Below are positions 12,245-22,024 of a stretch of DNA of 36,690 bases, piece after piece. The first letter of the stretch is position 1; each line of letters begins with the position of its first letter. The notes below the pieces were generated by a model. That model was not told the origin of the DNA, did not search any database, and saw only the letters and a program-made list of their open reading frames with translations. Both the position numbers and the translations under genes were made by a program. Source of the DNA: a virus; IMG/VR virus record IMGVR_UViG_3300045988_098479. One strand, written 5' to 3'.

Positions 12245-13723
12245 CTACTTCGTCCTGAGCCACGTGTACGGGCCGATGCTCGGCACCATCCGCCATTCGC
12301 CGCCGTAGTCGGACGGGTCGTAGCCCTTCGTCTCGATGTAGGTGCCGACCGGGTGAGACGCCTCGAACATCTCCCTGACGGTCACCGCCGACGCGGTGCC
12401 GGGCGGCCCTTGCTCGCCGCGCTCGCCCTTCTCGCCGCGCTCGCCCTTCTCGCCGCGCGGGATGCCGAGCGAGAGCGTCTTGATCAGGCTCTCGCCCGCG
12501 AGAGCCGCCGTGGCGTTCGCGCCCGGCGGCAGCGTCTGGACCGCGCCGATCTCCAACGAGGCGCCTGCCCACGTCTGCACGGCTTTGGTCGCGTCCCTGC
12601 GGGCGGCCTCGGCGGTGCCGCGCACCTCAGTGAGCGCATCTGCGTCAACCTCCGCGCTGAATGTGTAGTTGCTCAGCGTCAGGCCTTTGCCGGCCAGGTA
12701 CGCGTGCCCGCCGCCTCCGCTGCCGCTGCCGCTGCTCTCGGCGACTCCGCTGCTGCTCATCTTGGTCGTGGTCTCGCCGCCGACCTCGTATGAGTACACG
12801 GCAACGCCGCGCGAGACCTTCACGATCTTCTTCGCTACCGTCGCGTTCACGGTGCGCCCGTGCGCGTTGTCGCGCGCCGAGATCATGTCTCCCACGTCCA
12901 CGTCGATATCGTCGTGGGTCGCAACCTCGACGCTGCCTTGGGTCTGATACTCTTGCAGCTTCTTGCGGCCCTCCTCCTCCAGCTTCGCCTCATCGGCGTT
13001 GCTGTAGTCGTAGAGCGCGCATATCTCGTCGACGCCGAAGAGGCTCTGGACGTGGCTGACGTTGCCCGCCGCGTCGGCGTAGAAGTGGACTACCGCGCGG
13101 TTCTCCAATTCGCCAGTTCCCGCGCAAACCAAATGGTTCACGCAGCGGTAGACAGACGTGAGCGTGAAATCCATAAGGTCGGAATCGACCTTATTCGCGT
13201 AGTCCACTATCGGCGGCAGCGACAGCTCGACCTTGCCGCCGAGGCGGCGCATCGAGACCTTTCGCCCGTTCGCCTTCGCCAGGGCCTTCAGGCCGCCGTA
13301 CCCGTCCGCGAAGCGGTCGATGGTGTAGCTGACCGCCGTATCGTCTACGGCGGCTGAAAACAGCCCGGACAGCCCCATGCGGGATATGAGGGACGCGACC
13401 ACCTCGCCCGCCTTGCCGCTCACTGCGAGGTAGCCGCTGCCCGAATCGGGCAGGAGGCGCTTGCCGGCCAGGATGCCGTGCCACGTGCGGCCCTTGCACA
13501 GGACGGTGCCGGAGGCGTCCCTGCCCGTATCGTAGGTGACCTCGTCGACGACGCCGCCGTACTCGGTCCCGTCGATGAATACGAATTGCCCCTCGGCGGG
13601 GGCCTCGCCGGCGCGCGCCTCGAGCTTCAGGGCGTTCTCGTCGCTGCCGAACGCGAGGTCGAGCTCGAATTCCTCGATCTCGCGGACGTCCCCGGCCGCC
13701 GGGTCGCTCACCACTAGGACCAT
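12245..13723 (-). CDS. Tail-associated (Tal / siphovirus Gp37-like) baseplate protein with a collagen-like Gly-X-Y stretch
   Basis: ATG 13723 overlaps the Dit stop. The gene is immediately after Dit. The product is 492 aa, with RGEKGERGEKGERGEQGPPG near the C-terminus. Confidence 0.7.
   Translation of the reverse strand: MVLVVSDPAAGDVREIEEFELDLAFGSDENALKLEARAGEAPAEGQFVFIDGTEYGGVVDEVTYDTGRDASGTVLCKGRTWHGILAGKRLLPDSGSGYLAVSGKAGEVVASLISRMGLSGLFSAAVDDTAVSYTIDRFADGYGGLKALAKANGRKVSMRRLGGKVELSLPPIVDYANKVDSDLMDFTLTSVYRCVNHLVCAGTGELENRAVVHFYADAAGNVSHVQSLFGVDEICALYDYSNADEAKLEEEGRKKLQEYQTQGSVEVATHDDIDVDVGDMISARDNAHGRTVNATVAKKIVKVSRGVAVYSYEVGGETTTKMSSSGVAESSGSGSGGGGHAYLAGKGLTLSNYTFSAEVDADALTEVRGTAEAARRDATKAVQTWAGASLEIGAVQTLPPGANATAALAGESLIKTLSLGIPRGEKGERGEKGERGEQGPPGTASAVTVREMFEASHPVGTYIETKGYDPSDYGGEWRMVPSIGPYTWLRTK
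12398..12463 (-). repeat. Collagen-like Gly-X-Y coding repeat (tandem 18-bp units)
   Basis: GEKGER is duplicated at the DNA level (cgccgcgctcgcccttct occurs twice on the plus strand). Confidence 0.8.
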
Positions 13724-14529
13724 GCCGGCTCCCCCTCCTCCTCGTAGAGCGTCAGGTCGAACCCGAAGCTGTTGTCCCACGAGACCTCGCAGGTGCCGGC
13801 CGGCACGCGCTCGAAGATGTACTCGCCCGAGCCGGCGCCGCTGCCTCGGTGCGCCTTGCCGAAGGCGTCGCGGACGTCGCCGTCTGCGGAGACCACGGAG
13901 ACGGTGCGCCGCAGCGGGTCGACCTCCATGTAGCCGCCGTCCGGCACCGATACGTCGACCTGGTACAGGTTCTCGCCGAGCCGGACCGCGGGATTGACCG
14001 CCGGCCCGTAGACGATGAACCGGGCGGGGCTGCCGGAATGCCCCGGGTTGCGCGCGTACCGCTTCGGCGGGGTCGCCCCGAGGTCATACGGGAGGTCATG
14101 CGGTAGGTCGAGGAACTCGTACCCGGACGAGCCCATGACGGGCGTGAACTCCGTCGTGACGCCCCTGCGCCACAGGCCGTCGAGCAGCACGACGGTGATC
14201 TTCGCGGTGAAGAGCCCGTCCCGCACCCCGTCGACCTTCGACGCGAGGACGAAGCAGCGCTGGAACCACAACCCGACCCTCAGCGTCCCGGGCGTGTTGC
14301 CCGAGACGTCGAGGTCCGCGCAGCGGCGGAACTCGTCGGCCAGCGCCATGTCGGCGAAGACCGCCCTGAACGAGGCCTTGCGGGCGCCGCGCGAGACGGT
14401 CGACAGCGCACGGTACCCGATCTTGTAGTCCCATTCGCGGCTGAAGAGGTCGTTCGGCGTGCCGACGTAGATGCCGGAATTGAGCGGGATGACCGCCCCC
14501 GCGCCCGATTCATATTCGATATCAGGCAT
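13714..14529 (-). CDS. Distal tail protein (Dit)
   Basis: ATG 14529 overlaps the TMP stop by 8 nt. The product is 271 aa and the gene sits in the canonical position directly after the tape measure gene. Confidence 0.7.
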   Translation of the reverse strand: MPDIEYESGAGAVIPLNSGIYVGTPNDLFSREWDYKIGYRALSTVSRGARKASFRAVFADMALADEFRRCADLDVSGNTPGTLRVGLWFQRCFVLASKVDGVRDGLFTAKITVVLLDGLWRRGVTTEFTPVMGSSGYEFLDLPHDLPYDLGATPPKRYARNPGHSGSPARFIVYGPAVNPAVRLGENLYQVDVSVPDGGYMEVDPLRRTVSVVSADGDVRDAFGKAHRGSGAGSGEYIFERVPAGTCEVSWDNSFGFDLTLYEEEGEPAWS

Positions 14530-16753
14530 ACGCGACCGCCTTCCTCGCCCTGCGCCCGAACTCCGACTCGCCCATGACGGGCGTGAACTCCGCGATGATG
14601 GAGGGCAGGTTCTCGGCCAGCCAGCCGATAACGGCCGACGCGCCGCCGTCCGCGACAACGCCCTCCCCGGTGCCGGAAATGGTCCGGTCGCCGTAACGCG
14701 GGCCGTCGGCCCTGACCGTCGCATCGAACGCCGCGGCGCGCTCGACCTTCCCGACGGCGGACTCCATTGACTTCACGGGCTCGTCCGCCGTGTCGTCGAT
14801 GCCGAGGGCCGCGCCCTGCATCACGTAGCCGAATATCTTGCGGAACACGCGCGAGGGCGAGTGGATGCCGAGCAGGTTCTTGGCTGCGTCGATGGCGCCG
14901 CCGACCACGCCGGTTATCTTGTTGACGACCACGCCGGCCGCGCCGCTGATTCCGTTTGCGATGCCCTGCACGATATTGCGGCCGATCGACACCACGCGGC
15001 CCGGCAAGCTAAGGAAGGCGGACTCGATGTTCGACGCGATGCGTAGCGCCGCGCCCTTCACTGCACCGACTGCGCCCGAGATGGCGCCCTGCAGGTTGTA
15101 CATGGCAACCTTGCCGAGGTTCGACAGCGTCGACGGCAGGTTCTGGATGGCGTCGCGGATGGCGGACACGATGTTGGTGCCGCACGTGCTGACGAAGCCG
15201 GCCATGCCGGCGATGCCGTTGCCCAGGAGCGTGATGGCGTTGCGGCCGAGGCTTATCCAGTCGAGAGCTGACCATGCCGCGAGTATTGCCGAGAAGATGG
15301 CCGGGATGTTCGCGATGAGCGTCGGTATCGCCTGCACGATGCCGAGCGCCAGCGTCACGATTGCCTGGATGCCGGCGCCCAGCAGCGTCGGCGCGTTGTC
15401 GTTGATCGCGTCGGCGAGGTTCTGCACGATGACCGGGGCCTGCTCGATGATGGTCGGCAGGCTGTCGGCGATACCCTGCGCCAGGCCGACTATGAGGTTC
15501 GCCGCGCCCTCGGCAAGAACGCCCGCGTTCTCGGCTATGGACTCTGAGAGGCCGGTGAGAATCTGCAGGCCGCTCTCCATGATGGAGGGAAGGTTCTCGG
15601 ACAGGTAGCCGCCGAGTTGGCTCATGATGTCGGCCGCCGCGCCGGAGAGGAACGACAGGCCGTTCACGATACCGTCGTAGAGCACCGGTCCGACCTGCGC
15701 GCCTATCTCGTCCAACCCGCCGAAGGCGCCCGAGAGCGCCGACATGGCGCTGTCGGCGATGGACATGAAGGCCTCGCCGGCGACCGGCGCCAGCGTCGCT
15801 ATGACCCCGGGGAGCTGCTCGACGGCCGTGGACACGATGGTCGCCACGCGCGGCACGATGTTGGAGGCCGCCGTCTCGACCGACTCGACCAGCTCGGTCG
15901 TGAGCTTGCCCATGTCGGCGTCGTCCTTGCCGAGCTCCGTCACCCAGTTCTCCCACGCGGCCTTGGCCATGTTGCAGGAGCCCTCGATGGTCGTCGCGGC
16001 CTCACGCGAGGTCGTGCCGGCGATCTGCATCTGCTCCTGCATCGTATGGATGGCGAGCACGATGTTGTCGAAGGACAGGCTCGACTCGTCCACGGCGGAG
16101 TTGACCGCGTGCGCGTCCGAGATGAGGCGCTGCATCTCCTCCTTGGTGCCGCCGTATCCCAGCTTCAAGTTGTCGAGCATGGTGTAGTTCTGTTTCGCAA
16201 ATCCCTGGTACGCGTTCTGGAGGTCCTCCATCGCCGTGCCGAAGGTGTTCGCGTTGTCGCTCATGTCGACCATTGCCGTGTCGGCGTACTCGGCGGCCTT
16301 GACCGTGTCGCCGCCGAGCGATTTGACGAGCGAGGCGGAGAAGCCCGTCACCTGCTCCATGTACCGGTTGGCGCTCAGGCCGGCCGTTATGTAGGCGCGG
16401 TCGGCATTTGCCAGCACCGTCGTCTGTGCCTGCTCGAGCTGCTGCCACTTGCCGGAGCACTGCTCGACGGTCTGGCCGGTCATGGCGGCGTAGTCCTCTA
16501 GGGACTTGCCCATGTTGCCGAAAATCTTCTGGATGCCGCCGACGTTCTGCTCGTACGCGGCGTAGGCGTTCATGCTCATGCCGGTCACCGCCGCGACGCC
16601 GGCAGCCACCGCCGTTACTCCGGCCGCGACAAGCGATGCGGCCGCGGCCGCCGCCTTGCCGAGCTTTCCCTCGATGCCGCCGGCGATGCCGTCGACCTTG
16701 CCGGATGCCTGGTCGTCGACGCCGATCTTGACCAAGAGATCGAGAAGGTCCAT
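14522..16753 (-). CDS. Tape measure protein
   Basis: The product is 743 aa, Ala/Gly/Ile-rich with repetitive helical and hydrophobic segments. Its ATG lies directly after the stop of the GT chaperone extension. Confidence 0.9.
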   Translation of the reverse strand: MDLLDLLVKIGVDDQASGKVDGIAGGIEGKLGKAAAAAASLVAAGVTAVAAGVAAVTGMSMNAYAAYEQNVGGIQKIFGNMGKSLEDYAAMTGQTVEQCSGKWQQLEQAQTTVLANADRAYITAGLSANRYMEQVTGFSASLVKSLGGDTVKAAEYADTAMVDMSDNANTFGTAMEDLQNAYQGFAKQNYTMLDNLKLGYGGTKEEMQRLISDAHAVNSAVDESSLSFDNIVLAIHTMQEQMQIAGTTSREAATTIEGSCNMAKAAWENWVTELGKDDADMGKLTTELVESVETAASNIVPRVATIVSTAVEQLPGVIATLAPVAGEAFMSIADSAMSALSGAFGGLDEIGAQVGPVLYDGIVNGLSFLSGAAADIMSQLGGYLSENLPSIMESGLQILTGLSESIAENAGVLAEGAANLIVGLAQGIADSLPTIIEQAPVIVQNLADAINDNAPTLLGAGIQAIVTLALGIVQAIPTLIANIPAIFSAILAAWSALDWISLGRNAITLLGNGIAGMAGFVSTCGTNIVSAIRDAIQNLPSTLSNLGKVAMYNLQGAISGAVGAVKGAALRIASNIESAFLSLPGRVVSIGRNIVQGIANGISGAAGVVVNKITGVVGGAIDAAKNLLGIHSPSRVFRKIFGYVMQGAALGIDDTADEPVKSMESAVGKVERAAAFDATVRADGPRYGDRTISGTGEGVVADGGASAVIGWLAENLPSIIAEFTPVMGESEFGRRARKAVAYA

Positions 16754-17436
16754 CTACAGCACCTCCAATCCCAGTTTGCCGATTACATCCGCCGCGATCT
16801 CGTCGCCGCTCCGGGTGTCCGCTGGCTCCGCTGCGCCTCGCACGAGCTCCAGGTAGGGCTTGGCGATGTAGCGCGACTGCACCGCGAGGCGGATGGACTC
16901 CGTCAGGTAGACCCTGTATGCGTCCTCCTCGGCCTCCCTGCGCCTGCGCGCGGTCAGGTACCTAGCAAAAGGGCGAGCACGCCGTGGTCCGGTGTACTCG
17001 CCCAGGTAGAGCCAGAGCAGCTCAGGATCGTCGGCGGCTACTGAAAAAAAGGGGCCGCGACCTCCTTGACGGTGTCGATGCCGCCAAGCGCGGCCTTGAT
17101 GTCGGCGGCGTACTTGGCCATGGTGAAGCAGGCCTTGTACTCGTCGAGGGTCTGGCCGTCCAGCGCGGCGAGGAGCTTGAGCGAGAGCTCGCCGCCCTCG
17201 CGCAGCAGGACGGGCAGCAGGCCGCCCAACATATCGACGGCCTGAACCTCGACCTTGGCCTTGACCTCGTCCTCGTCGCCGCCCTCGGCCTTGGCGGCCT
17301 TGGCCGCGGCGCGGTAGGACATGTAGGAGCGCTTGAGCTCCTCGCCGAGCTTGCCGCCCATGGCCTCCTCGGCCACCTCGGCAAGCAGCTGCGCCGAGGT
17401 CAGGAACTCATCCGCCGTGAACTCGTCGATTCGCAT
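16754..17436 (-). CDS. Tail assembly chaperone GT (product of a -1 programmed frameshift)
   Basis: The -1 frame is open for 96 codons from the slippery T TTT TTT (17044-17050) to TAG 16754-16756, which directly abuts the TMP ATG. Confidence 0.75.
17038..17436 (-). CDS. Tail assembly chaperone G
   Basis: ATG 17436 overlaps the major tail stop (TAATG). The acidic 132-aa product ends ...EVAAPFFQ immediately after the slippery run. Confidence 0.8.
   Translation of the reverse strand: MRIDEFTADEFLTSAQLLAEVAEEAMGGKLGEELKRSYMSYRAAAKAAKAEGGDEDEVKAKVEVQAVDMLGGLLPVLLREGGELSLKLLAALDGQTLDEYKACFTMAKYAADIKAALGGIDTVKEVAAPFFQ
17044..17050 (-). promoter_or_regulatory. Slippery heptamer T TTT TTT for the G/GT -1 frameshift
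   Basis: Seven A residues on the plus strand (17044-17050). The zero-frame codons are TTT TTT, two codons before the G stop. Confidence 0.75.
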
Positions 17437-18029
17437 TACGCAGCCGCCTCCGTTCCTTCCTTGATGTAGATCTCGAACGGCACCGTCTCGGGTTGCTTCA
17501 TCGAGTAGTGGCCGGTGAACTCGAAGGCGAACTGGCCTTTGCCCTTCTTGGAGGACTGAATCTGGAAGCCGCCGGTGCTCAGGGAGTTGAGTAGGCGGAT
17601 GGCGCAGAAGCCGGCGCTCGCGCCCTCGCTGCCGTCCTCGTTGACCGCGCTGTAGTCGCCGACCCACCACAGGTCGGCGAAGTCGGACACCTTGAGCTCG
17701 TTGCGCGGGGTGATCTTGCCTTCGGACTCGTCGGCGGCGCCGGTCAGCTTCACGGCCAGGCCGGCGGTCACGGTCACGAACGTGCCGGACATCTTGGCAT
17801 CCCAGCTGTCGAGCTGCTTGAGCTCCATCATGTTCGCCGAGCAGTTGTCAATGTCCTCGCTGAAGTCGATGAAGCTCGGCGTGGCGGTGAAGTTGGCACC
17901 GCCGGACGTCGCGCCGAGGATGTCGGTCGCCTTGAGCGTGCCGGTGTCCGGGACGAACTCCTTGAGCAGGACGCCGGCGTTCAGCTGGATGTTCTTGAAA
18001 GTGTCCTGCGGGATCTGGGTGTATTTCAT
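17436..18029 (-). CDS. Major tail protein
   Basis: ATG 18029 has AGGGGG upstream. The product is 197 aa. The gene lies between the tail terminator and the chaperones. Confidence 0.8.
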   Translation of the reverse strand: MKYTQIPQDTFKNIQLNAGVLLKEFVPDTGTLKATDILGATSGGANFTATPSFIDFSEDIDNCSANMMELKQLDSWDAKMSGTFVTVTAGLAVKLTGAADESEGKITPRNELKVSDFADLWWVGDYSAVNEDGSEGASAGFCAIRLLNSLSTGGFQIQSSKKGKGQFAFEFTGHYSMKQPETVPFEIYIKEGTEAAA

Positions 18030-18037
18030 TGGACCCC

Positions 18038-18409
18038 CTAAAAGGTCGTGATGTTCTCGATTGAGAGGTTGATGTGGCGGCGCTTGACGCCCGGCTCGCC
18101 CGAGTCGGCGGCCTGCCAGAACGGCGAGCCGCGCTTGACCCAAAGGCCGCCGCCGTCGCAGGGCAGCATCACGCCGCCGAGCCCAAGCGCGCGCCCGATG
18201 GCCTCGGCGTCGGCGTTGGCCCTCGCCTCGGACTCGGTGCGCCGCCAGGTCTCGACGGTGACGTTCTGATCGCCGTCGCCCCAGGCGCCCGAGACGGGCG
18301 TGAATGTGAGGTACGGGGGCTCGGTACCGTCCGGGACGGCCTGTGCCGCATAGGCGGGCATGTCGAAGCCGCCGAGCCATGCGGCGAGCGCCGCGGTCCT
18401 AGTCGGCAT
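18038..18409 (-). CDS. Tail terminator / tail completion protein (DUF3168-like)
   Basis: The product is 123 aa. The gene sits in the conserved position before the major tail protein and overlaps the upstream gene end. Confidence 0.6.
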   Translation of the reverse strand: MPTRTAALAAWLGGFDMPAYAAQAVPDGTEPPYLTFTPVSGAWGDGDQNVTVETWRRTESEARANADAEAIGRALGLGGVMLPCDGGGLWVKRGSPFWQAADSGEPGVKRRHINLSIENITTF

Positions 18410-18752
18410 CGGGCAGCCTCCACTCCTCGGCCGTGCACTGCGTGAAGCTGAACGTCGCGCACGCGGGCGGGCGTCCGTCGTCGGCGTTCGACGTGACGCG
18501 GAACACCTGACCGTCTGACACGCGCCTGAACACGTCGCCGTGGGACAGTTCCTCGGAGCACGTCACCGTGTAGGCGTTGGCCACTCCGGCCGCCTCGGCG
18601 ACGCGGGCCTCGGCCGAGGTGTCGCGGACGATGGAAGCGGAGAAGGCGCGGCCCGTGGCCCACGTCTCCGTCCAGCCGCCCTCGCCGTCCGGCACGCTCC
18701 TGCGGACCACATGGACGCACGGCACGCGCATGCGCTCGTACAGGCGGCTCAT
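18399..18752 (-). CDS. Head-tail joining / head closure protein
   Basis: ATG 18752 has GGAGGAAG upstream and overlaps the upstream stop as ATGA. The product is 117 aa. The call rests on position in the connector block. Confidence 0.6.
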   Translation of the reverse strand: MSRLYERMRVPCVHVVRRSVPDGEGGWTETWATGRAFSASIVRDTSAEARVAEAAGVANAYTVTCSEELSHGDVFRRVSDGQVFRVTSNADDGRPPACATFSFTQCTAEEWRLPDAD

Positions 18753-19168
18753 AGCTTCCTCCACGGGTCCATGCGCGCCTTGAACTGGTCGCGCCACGTC
18801 AGCGGTCGGCCGTCGGCGCCCATCACGCGCGTGTAGCTGTAACCGCCGAAGCTCTCGCTCGCATACGGGCTGTCCAGCTCCTCGGCGTGCTCGGCCTGCC
18901 ATGCCGCGATCTCGTCCGCGAGGTCGACCACGGCCTGCGGCACGGCGAGCGCCCAGACGGTGCCGACGAACTCCTCGTCCGTGAGGCCGTTGTAGGGCCA
19001 TGAGTGCAGCCCGTCGTTGAACGTCGAGCCTGTGATGCGGATGTACTGGCCCTCCTTGAGGTCGAGCCCCGCGGGCGGCACGAGGCGGCCGCCCTCGATG
19101 CGGACGCGCCCCGTGCGCTTGTCGGCGACGAACCAGTTGCGCAGCGACAGAAGCACCTGCTCGAGCAT
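18749..19168 (-). CDS. Head-tail connector (gp6-like) protein
   Basis: ATG 19168 lies 9 nt after the capsid stop. The product is 139 aa. The rest of ORF 18749..20713 is an off-frame product overprinted on the capsid gene. Confidence 0.6.
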   Translation of the reverse strand: MLEQVLLSLRNWFVADKRTGRVRIEGGRLVPPAGLDLKEGQYIRITGSTFNDGLHSWPYNGLTDEEFVGTVWALAVPQAVVDLADEIAAWQAEHAEELDSPYASESFGGYSYTRVMGADGRPLTWRDQFKARMDPWRKL

Positions 19169-19176
19169 CTCTGCGC

Positions 19177-20061
19177 CTATCGCTTGTCGGTGATGACGGC
19201 GGCAAGGCTCTTGTCGAGGGTCTTGACGCCGCAGAGCATGTCGATGGAAACGGTGTCGGTCTTGGTCTTCTGGTCGTAGCCCTGCACGACGCGCAGGCCG
19301 AAGCCGTCGTAGGAGGTGGAGTACGCCTTGGGGGCGCCGAGCGGCATCTCGAGCTGGCGGGTCACGAGCGCGAAGGCGTTCTTGTGGAACGCGATGGACG
19401 GCGTGTAGTTGGCAGTCTCTGCCGTGGTCTTCTGCACGTTCTGGTCGCAGTAGAAGTCGAGGCCGTACTTGCGGCCCAGCGACGCCTCCTTGAGGGCGGT
19501 GCCGTTGTCGCCGACGGCGGAGGCGTTGACGAACAGGTCGGTGTTGAGCAGGTCGGCCTCGGCCTGGGAGCCGTAGACGAAGCGGCGCTCCGTGGAGGGC
19601 GCCTTGGCGTCCACGAGGAACTTTCGGGCGGCGATGATGTCCGCCACGGCGAGGGCGCCCTTGGTGTGGTCGACGCGGTTGTCGGTGACGTCCTTCTCGA
19701 GCGCGAGCAGGTAGCCGTCGATCTTGTCGGCGAAGGCCCGCATCGCCGGGACGAGGAACTGCGCGGAGAAGTCGACGATGTTCATCGTCAGATCCTTGGA
19801 CGTGACGGAGAACGTCACATCGAGCAGCTTGTCCATCTTGACGGCGACCTTGTCCTCGGTGGCGTCCTGCACCTCGACCTCGGTGGTGAACTCCTTGGCC
19901 TCGAAGGTGGCGGGCTTGCGGATGGTGATGGTGTCGCCCACGCCCGCGACGAACTCGGAGGAGTAGTCGCGGTGGACGAGGTTGGCCATGACGGCGTTGG
20001 TGCGCAGAACGTCCAGCGCCTCGTTGGCGATGATGTTGGGTGTAAGGATGGTGTTCGGCAT
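19177..20061 (-). CDS. Major capsid protein
   Basis: The product is 294 aa. The gene follows the scaffold gene, and its composition and length are typical of small HK97-fold/P22-coat-like capsid proteins. Confidence 0.8.
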   Translation of the reverse strand: MPNTILTPNIIANEALDVLRTNAVMANLVHRDYSSEFVAGVGDTITIRKPATFEAKEFTTEVEVQDATEDKVAVKMDKLLDVTFSVTSKDLTMNIVDFSAQFLVPAMRAFADKIDGYLLALEKDVTDNRVDHTKGALAVADIIAARKFLVDAKAPSTERRFVYGSQAEADLLNTDLFVNASAVGDNGTALKEASLGRKYGLDFYCDQNVQKTTAETANYTPSIAFHKNAFALVTRQLEMPLGAPKAYSTSYDGFGLRVVQGYDQKTKTDTVSIDMLCGVKTLDKSLAAVITDKR

Positions 20062-20070
20062 AGAAACCCC

Positions 20071-20644
20071 TTAGCCTCTCTGCTCCGCCTTGTACTTCAT
20101 GTACTCGGCGGTGCTCATTTCGTTGATGTCCTTGCCGCCCTCGCCCTTGGGGGCGTGGGCCACATCGGCGCCCTTGACGGTCGTGGTTGCGATGAAGTCG
20201 GCCCAGTCGGCCTTGATGTCCTCGGTGAGCTTGTCCGCGCCCTCGATAGCGCCGTCCTTGACGGTCACGCCCTCGAGGTCGGAGACCTTGAGAACGGTGT
20301 CGATGCGCTTGGGGTCGACGCCCGCCGACTTGAGCAGCTCTCGGTACAGGCTGCGCTTCTCGGCTGCGGCCTTCTCGCCCTCGACCTTGGCCTTGTAGTC
20401 CTCTAGGTTCTTGACGGCGGCCTTGTACTTTTCCTCGTACTCGCCCGCGCCCTCGCCCTTGGCCTTGAGCGCGTCCAGCTCCTTCTTGTAGCCGTCCGCC
20501 TTGCCCGCGGCCTCCTTGAACTCGTCGCGCTGCGCCTTGAGCGCGTTCACGCTCTCGGCATGCTCGTCGATGATCTGGTCGATCTTCTCGTCCTCGATGC
20601 CCATTGCCTTGAGCATCTTTCGTGTGAGTGCCAACAGAATCTCC
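20071..20644 (-). CDS. Scaffolding protein (GP20-like)
   Basis: The product is a Lys/Glu/Ala-rich coiled coil (LKAMGIEDEKIDQIIDEHAESVNALKAQRDEFKEAAGK...). TTG 20644 has GGGAGA 5-6 nt upstream. ATG 20626 is the alternative start. Confidence 0.75.
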
Positions 20645-20743
20645 CTTGCTTCGGAATGGGCGGGTTCCCGCCTGTTGCCTCGGCAGGGCCCGCGCCGCAA
20701 TACCTCGCGGCAAGGGTGAGTATCCAAACGGCGTAACGCGGCA

Positions 20744-21217
20744 CTAGCCGCCCAGGTGCTTGCGGAAGATTGAGCGGTATGTGGATTCGTGGTCCTCGGC
20801 CGCCGGCTTGAGGTAGGGCTGCGGCTTCTGGTGCCTCGTTCCCAGTTCGACATATGGCGCGTACTCGACGTTCGTGCCGATGATGGCGCACTTGCCGTCC
20901 TCGTCGACGATATGGGTGATGGAGTTGCGCAACCGTCCCGTGTCGACCGGGCAGGCGCGCTTGGCGTAGCCCTCCGCGACGAGCCCGACCTCCTCCAGCG
21001 CGGCGACGAGCGCCCGGTCGATGGCGTTGGCGATGGCCTCGCGGTTGTCGGCGCGCACCTCGACAAGCCCGGAGATGTCTGAGGCGGTCAGGCCCTTGGC
21101 GCTACCGCGCGTGAAGCCCTTCTCCCTCATCCCACTGACGGTGTCGCCGTTTCGGTCGGTCCACGTGTCGTTCTTGGCGCTCCACTTCTCCTTGCCGACC
21201 CTTCGCGGCGCGGCCAT
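20744..21217 (-). CDS. HK97 gp10-family protein
   Basis: The segment CPVDTGRLRNSITHIVDEDG...GTNVEYAPYVELGTRHQKPQPYLKPA matches the gp10-family signature. ATG 21217 overlaps the upstream stop. Confidence 0.75.
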   Translation of the reverse strand: MAAPRRVGKEKWSAKNDTWTDRNGDTVSGMREKGFTRGSAKGLTASDISGLVEVRADNREAIANAIDRALVAALEEVGLVAEGYAKRACPVDTGRLRNSITHIVDEDGKCAIIGTNVEYAPYVELGTRHQKPQPYLKPAAEDHESTYRSIFRKHLGG

Positions 21218-21438
21218 CAGTCCAGCACCTCCGTGCCGTAGCCCACGCGGCCGGACACGTCCACCTCGCACGCCTCGACAGCCTGCACCGGCACGCCGGC
21301 GCACCCGAGCGTGCAGCCGTCGTCGGGCTCGACCTCGTCGCCGCGCTGCATGCAGATGTAGGTATCCGGGAACGTGAAGCCGAAACCGAGCCTCACGGCG
21401 CAGTCGCCGCAGCTCGCACATGTGAAAAGCTCTTTCAT
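21217..21438 (-). CDS. Small Cys-rich protein (73 aa)
   Basis: The product begins MKELFTCASCGDCAVRLGFGFTFPDTYICMQRGDEVEPDDGCTLGCAG... The start is uncertain, either 21438 or 21480. Confidence 0.5.
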   Translation of the reverse strand: MKELFTCASCGDCAVRLGFGFTFPDTYICMQRGDEVEPDDGCTLGCAGVPVQAVEACEVDVSGRVGYGTEVLD

Positions 21439-21487
21439 GCCTGTCCAATCTCTCTGCGGGCAGTGTCGCGGCACGGTCACGCGGCAT

Positions 21488-21512
21488 GAAAAAGCCCCGC
21501 CGAAGCGGGGCT
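21488..21512 (-). terminator. Rho-independent terminator after the immunity-like gene
   Basis: The minus strand reads AGCCCCGC-TTCG-GCGGGGCT followed by TTTTTC. Confidence 0.75.
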
Positions 21513-21521
21513 GGCTGTGGC

Positions 21522-21788
21522 CTATTTGACTTTTATCTCGTTGGCCTTGTCCATCTCAAGCTCGATAGCAGACGGGCTCTCGCCTCTGAGGAAAAACGGA
21601 ATCGGGAAGAAGTCAATCCTCCCCGTTTCCTTGTCGATGGCGTACGGAGTGTCGCCCGGGGCCATCTTTCCATCGAAACCGAAACCGACGAACCAATGGT
21701 ATTTGCCCTCGTATGCGCACACCGGGCCGTATCCGTCTACGGCCTCCTCTTCCAGAATCGGCTTTATGGCCTCTTCCAATGTGAGCAT
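21522..21788 (-). CDS. Immunity-protein-like small protein (YrhB/Imm35-like pattern), 88 aa
   Basis: The segment YEGKYHWFVGFGFDGKMAPGDTPYAIDKETGRIDFFPIP resembles, from memory only, polymorphic-toxin immunity proteins. AAGAGG lies upstream. GC content is lower than the surroundings. Confidence 0.55.
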   Translation of the reverse strand: MLTLEEAIKPILEEEAVDGYGPVCAYEGKYHWFVGFGFDGKMAPGDTPYAIDKETGRIDFFPIPFFLRGESPSAIELEMDKANEIKVK

Positions 21789-21841
21789 GTCAACCTCTTG
21801 TCGTCAGGCACTCGTCGATCTTGGTGATACGCCGTTGTACG

Positions 21842-22024
21842 CTAGAGACAGATTTCGGGGTCCTGCCTCTCGAGTTTTGGAACGCCAGAGTCGAGCGACT
21901 CCTTGAGGGCTGCATAGACCTCATCGACATTGCCGTACCATATCGGCTCATAGCCGAAACGTTCCTCGAACTTGGCCGCGAGCTTGTCGACCTGCTCCCA
22001 TGTATGCAATTCGGCAACCATCAC
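21842..22024 (-). CDS. Small acidic protein (59-60 aa), possible immunity/adaptor
   Basis: Its start (GTG 22024 or ATG 22021) overlaps the MuF-fusion stop. It lies in the AT-richer region. Confidence 0.55.
   Translation of the reverse strand: MMVAELHTWEQVDKLAAKFEERFGYEPIWYGNVDEVYAALKESLDSGVPKLERQDPEICL

Noticed and set aside
20645-20743. Structured GC-rich spacer before the scaffold gene (GGCGGGAACCCGCC and GCCGC...GCGGC hairpins) read as a terminator-promoter pair
   Set aside because: The stems are short and lack U-runs, and no promoter hexamers are recognisable. The evidence is insufficient for a feature call.
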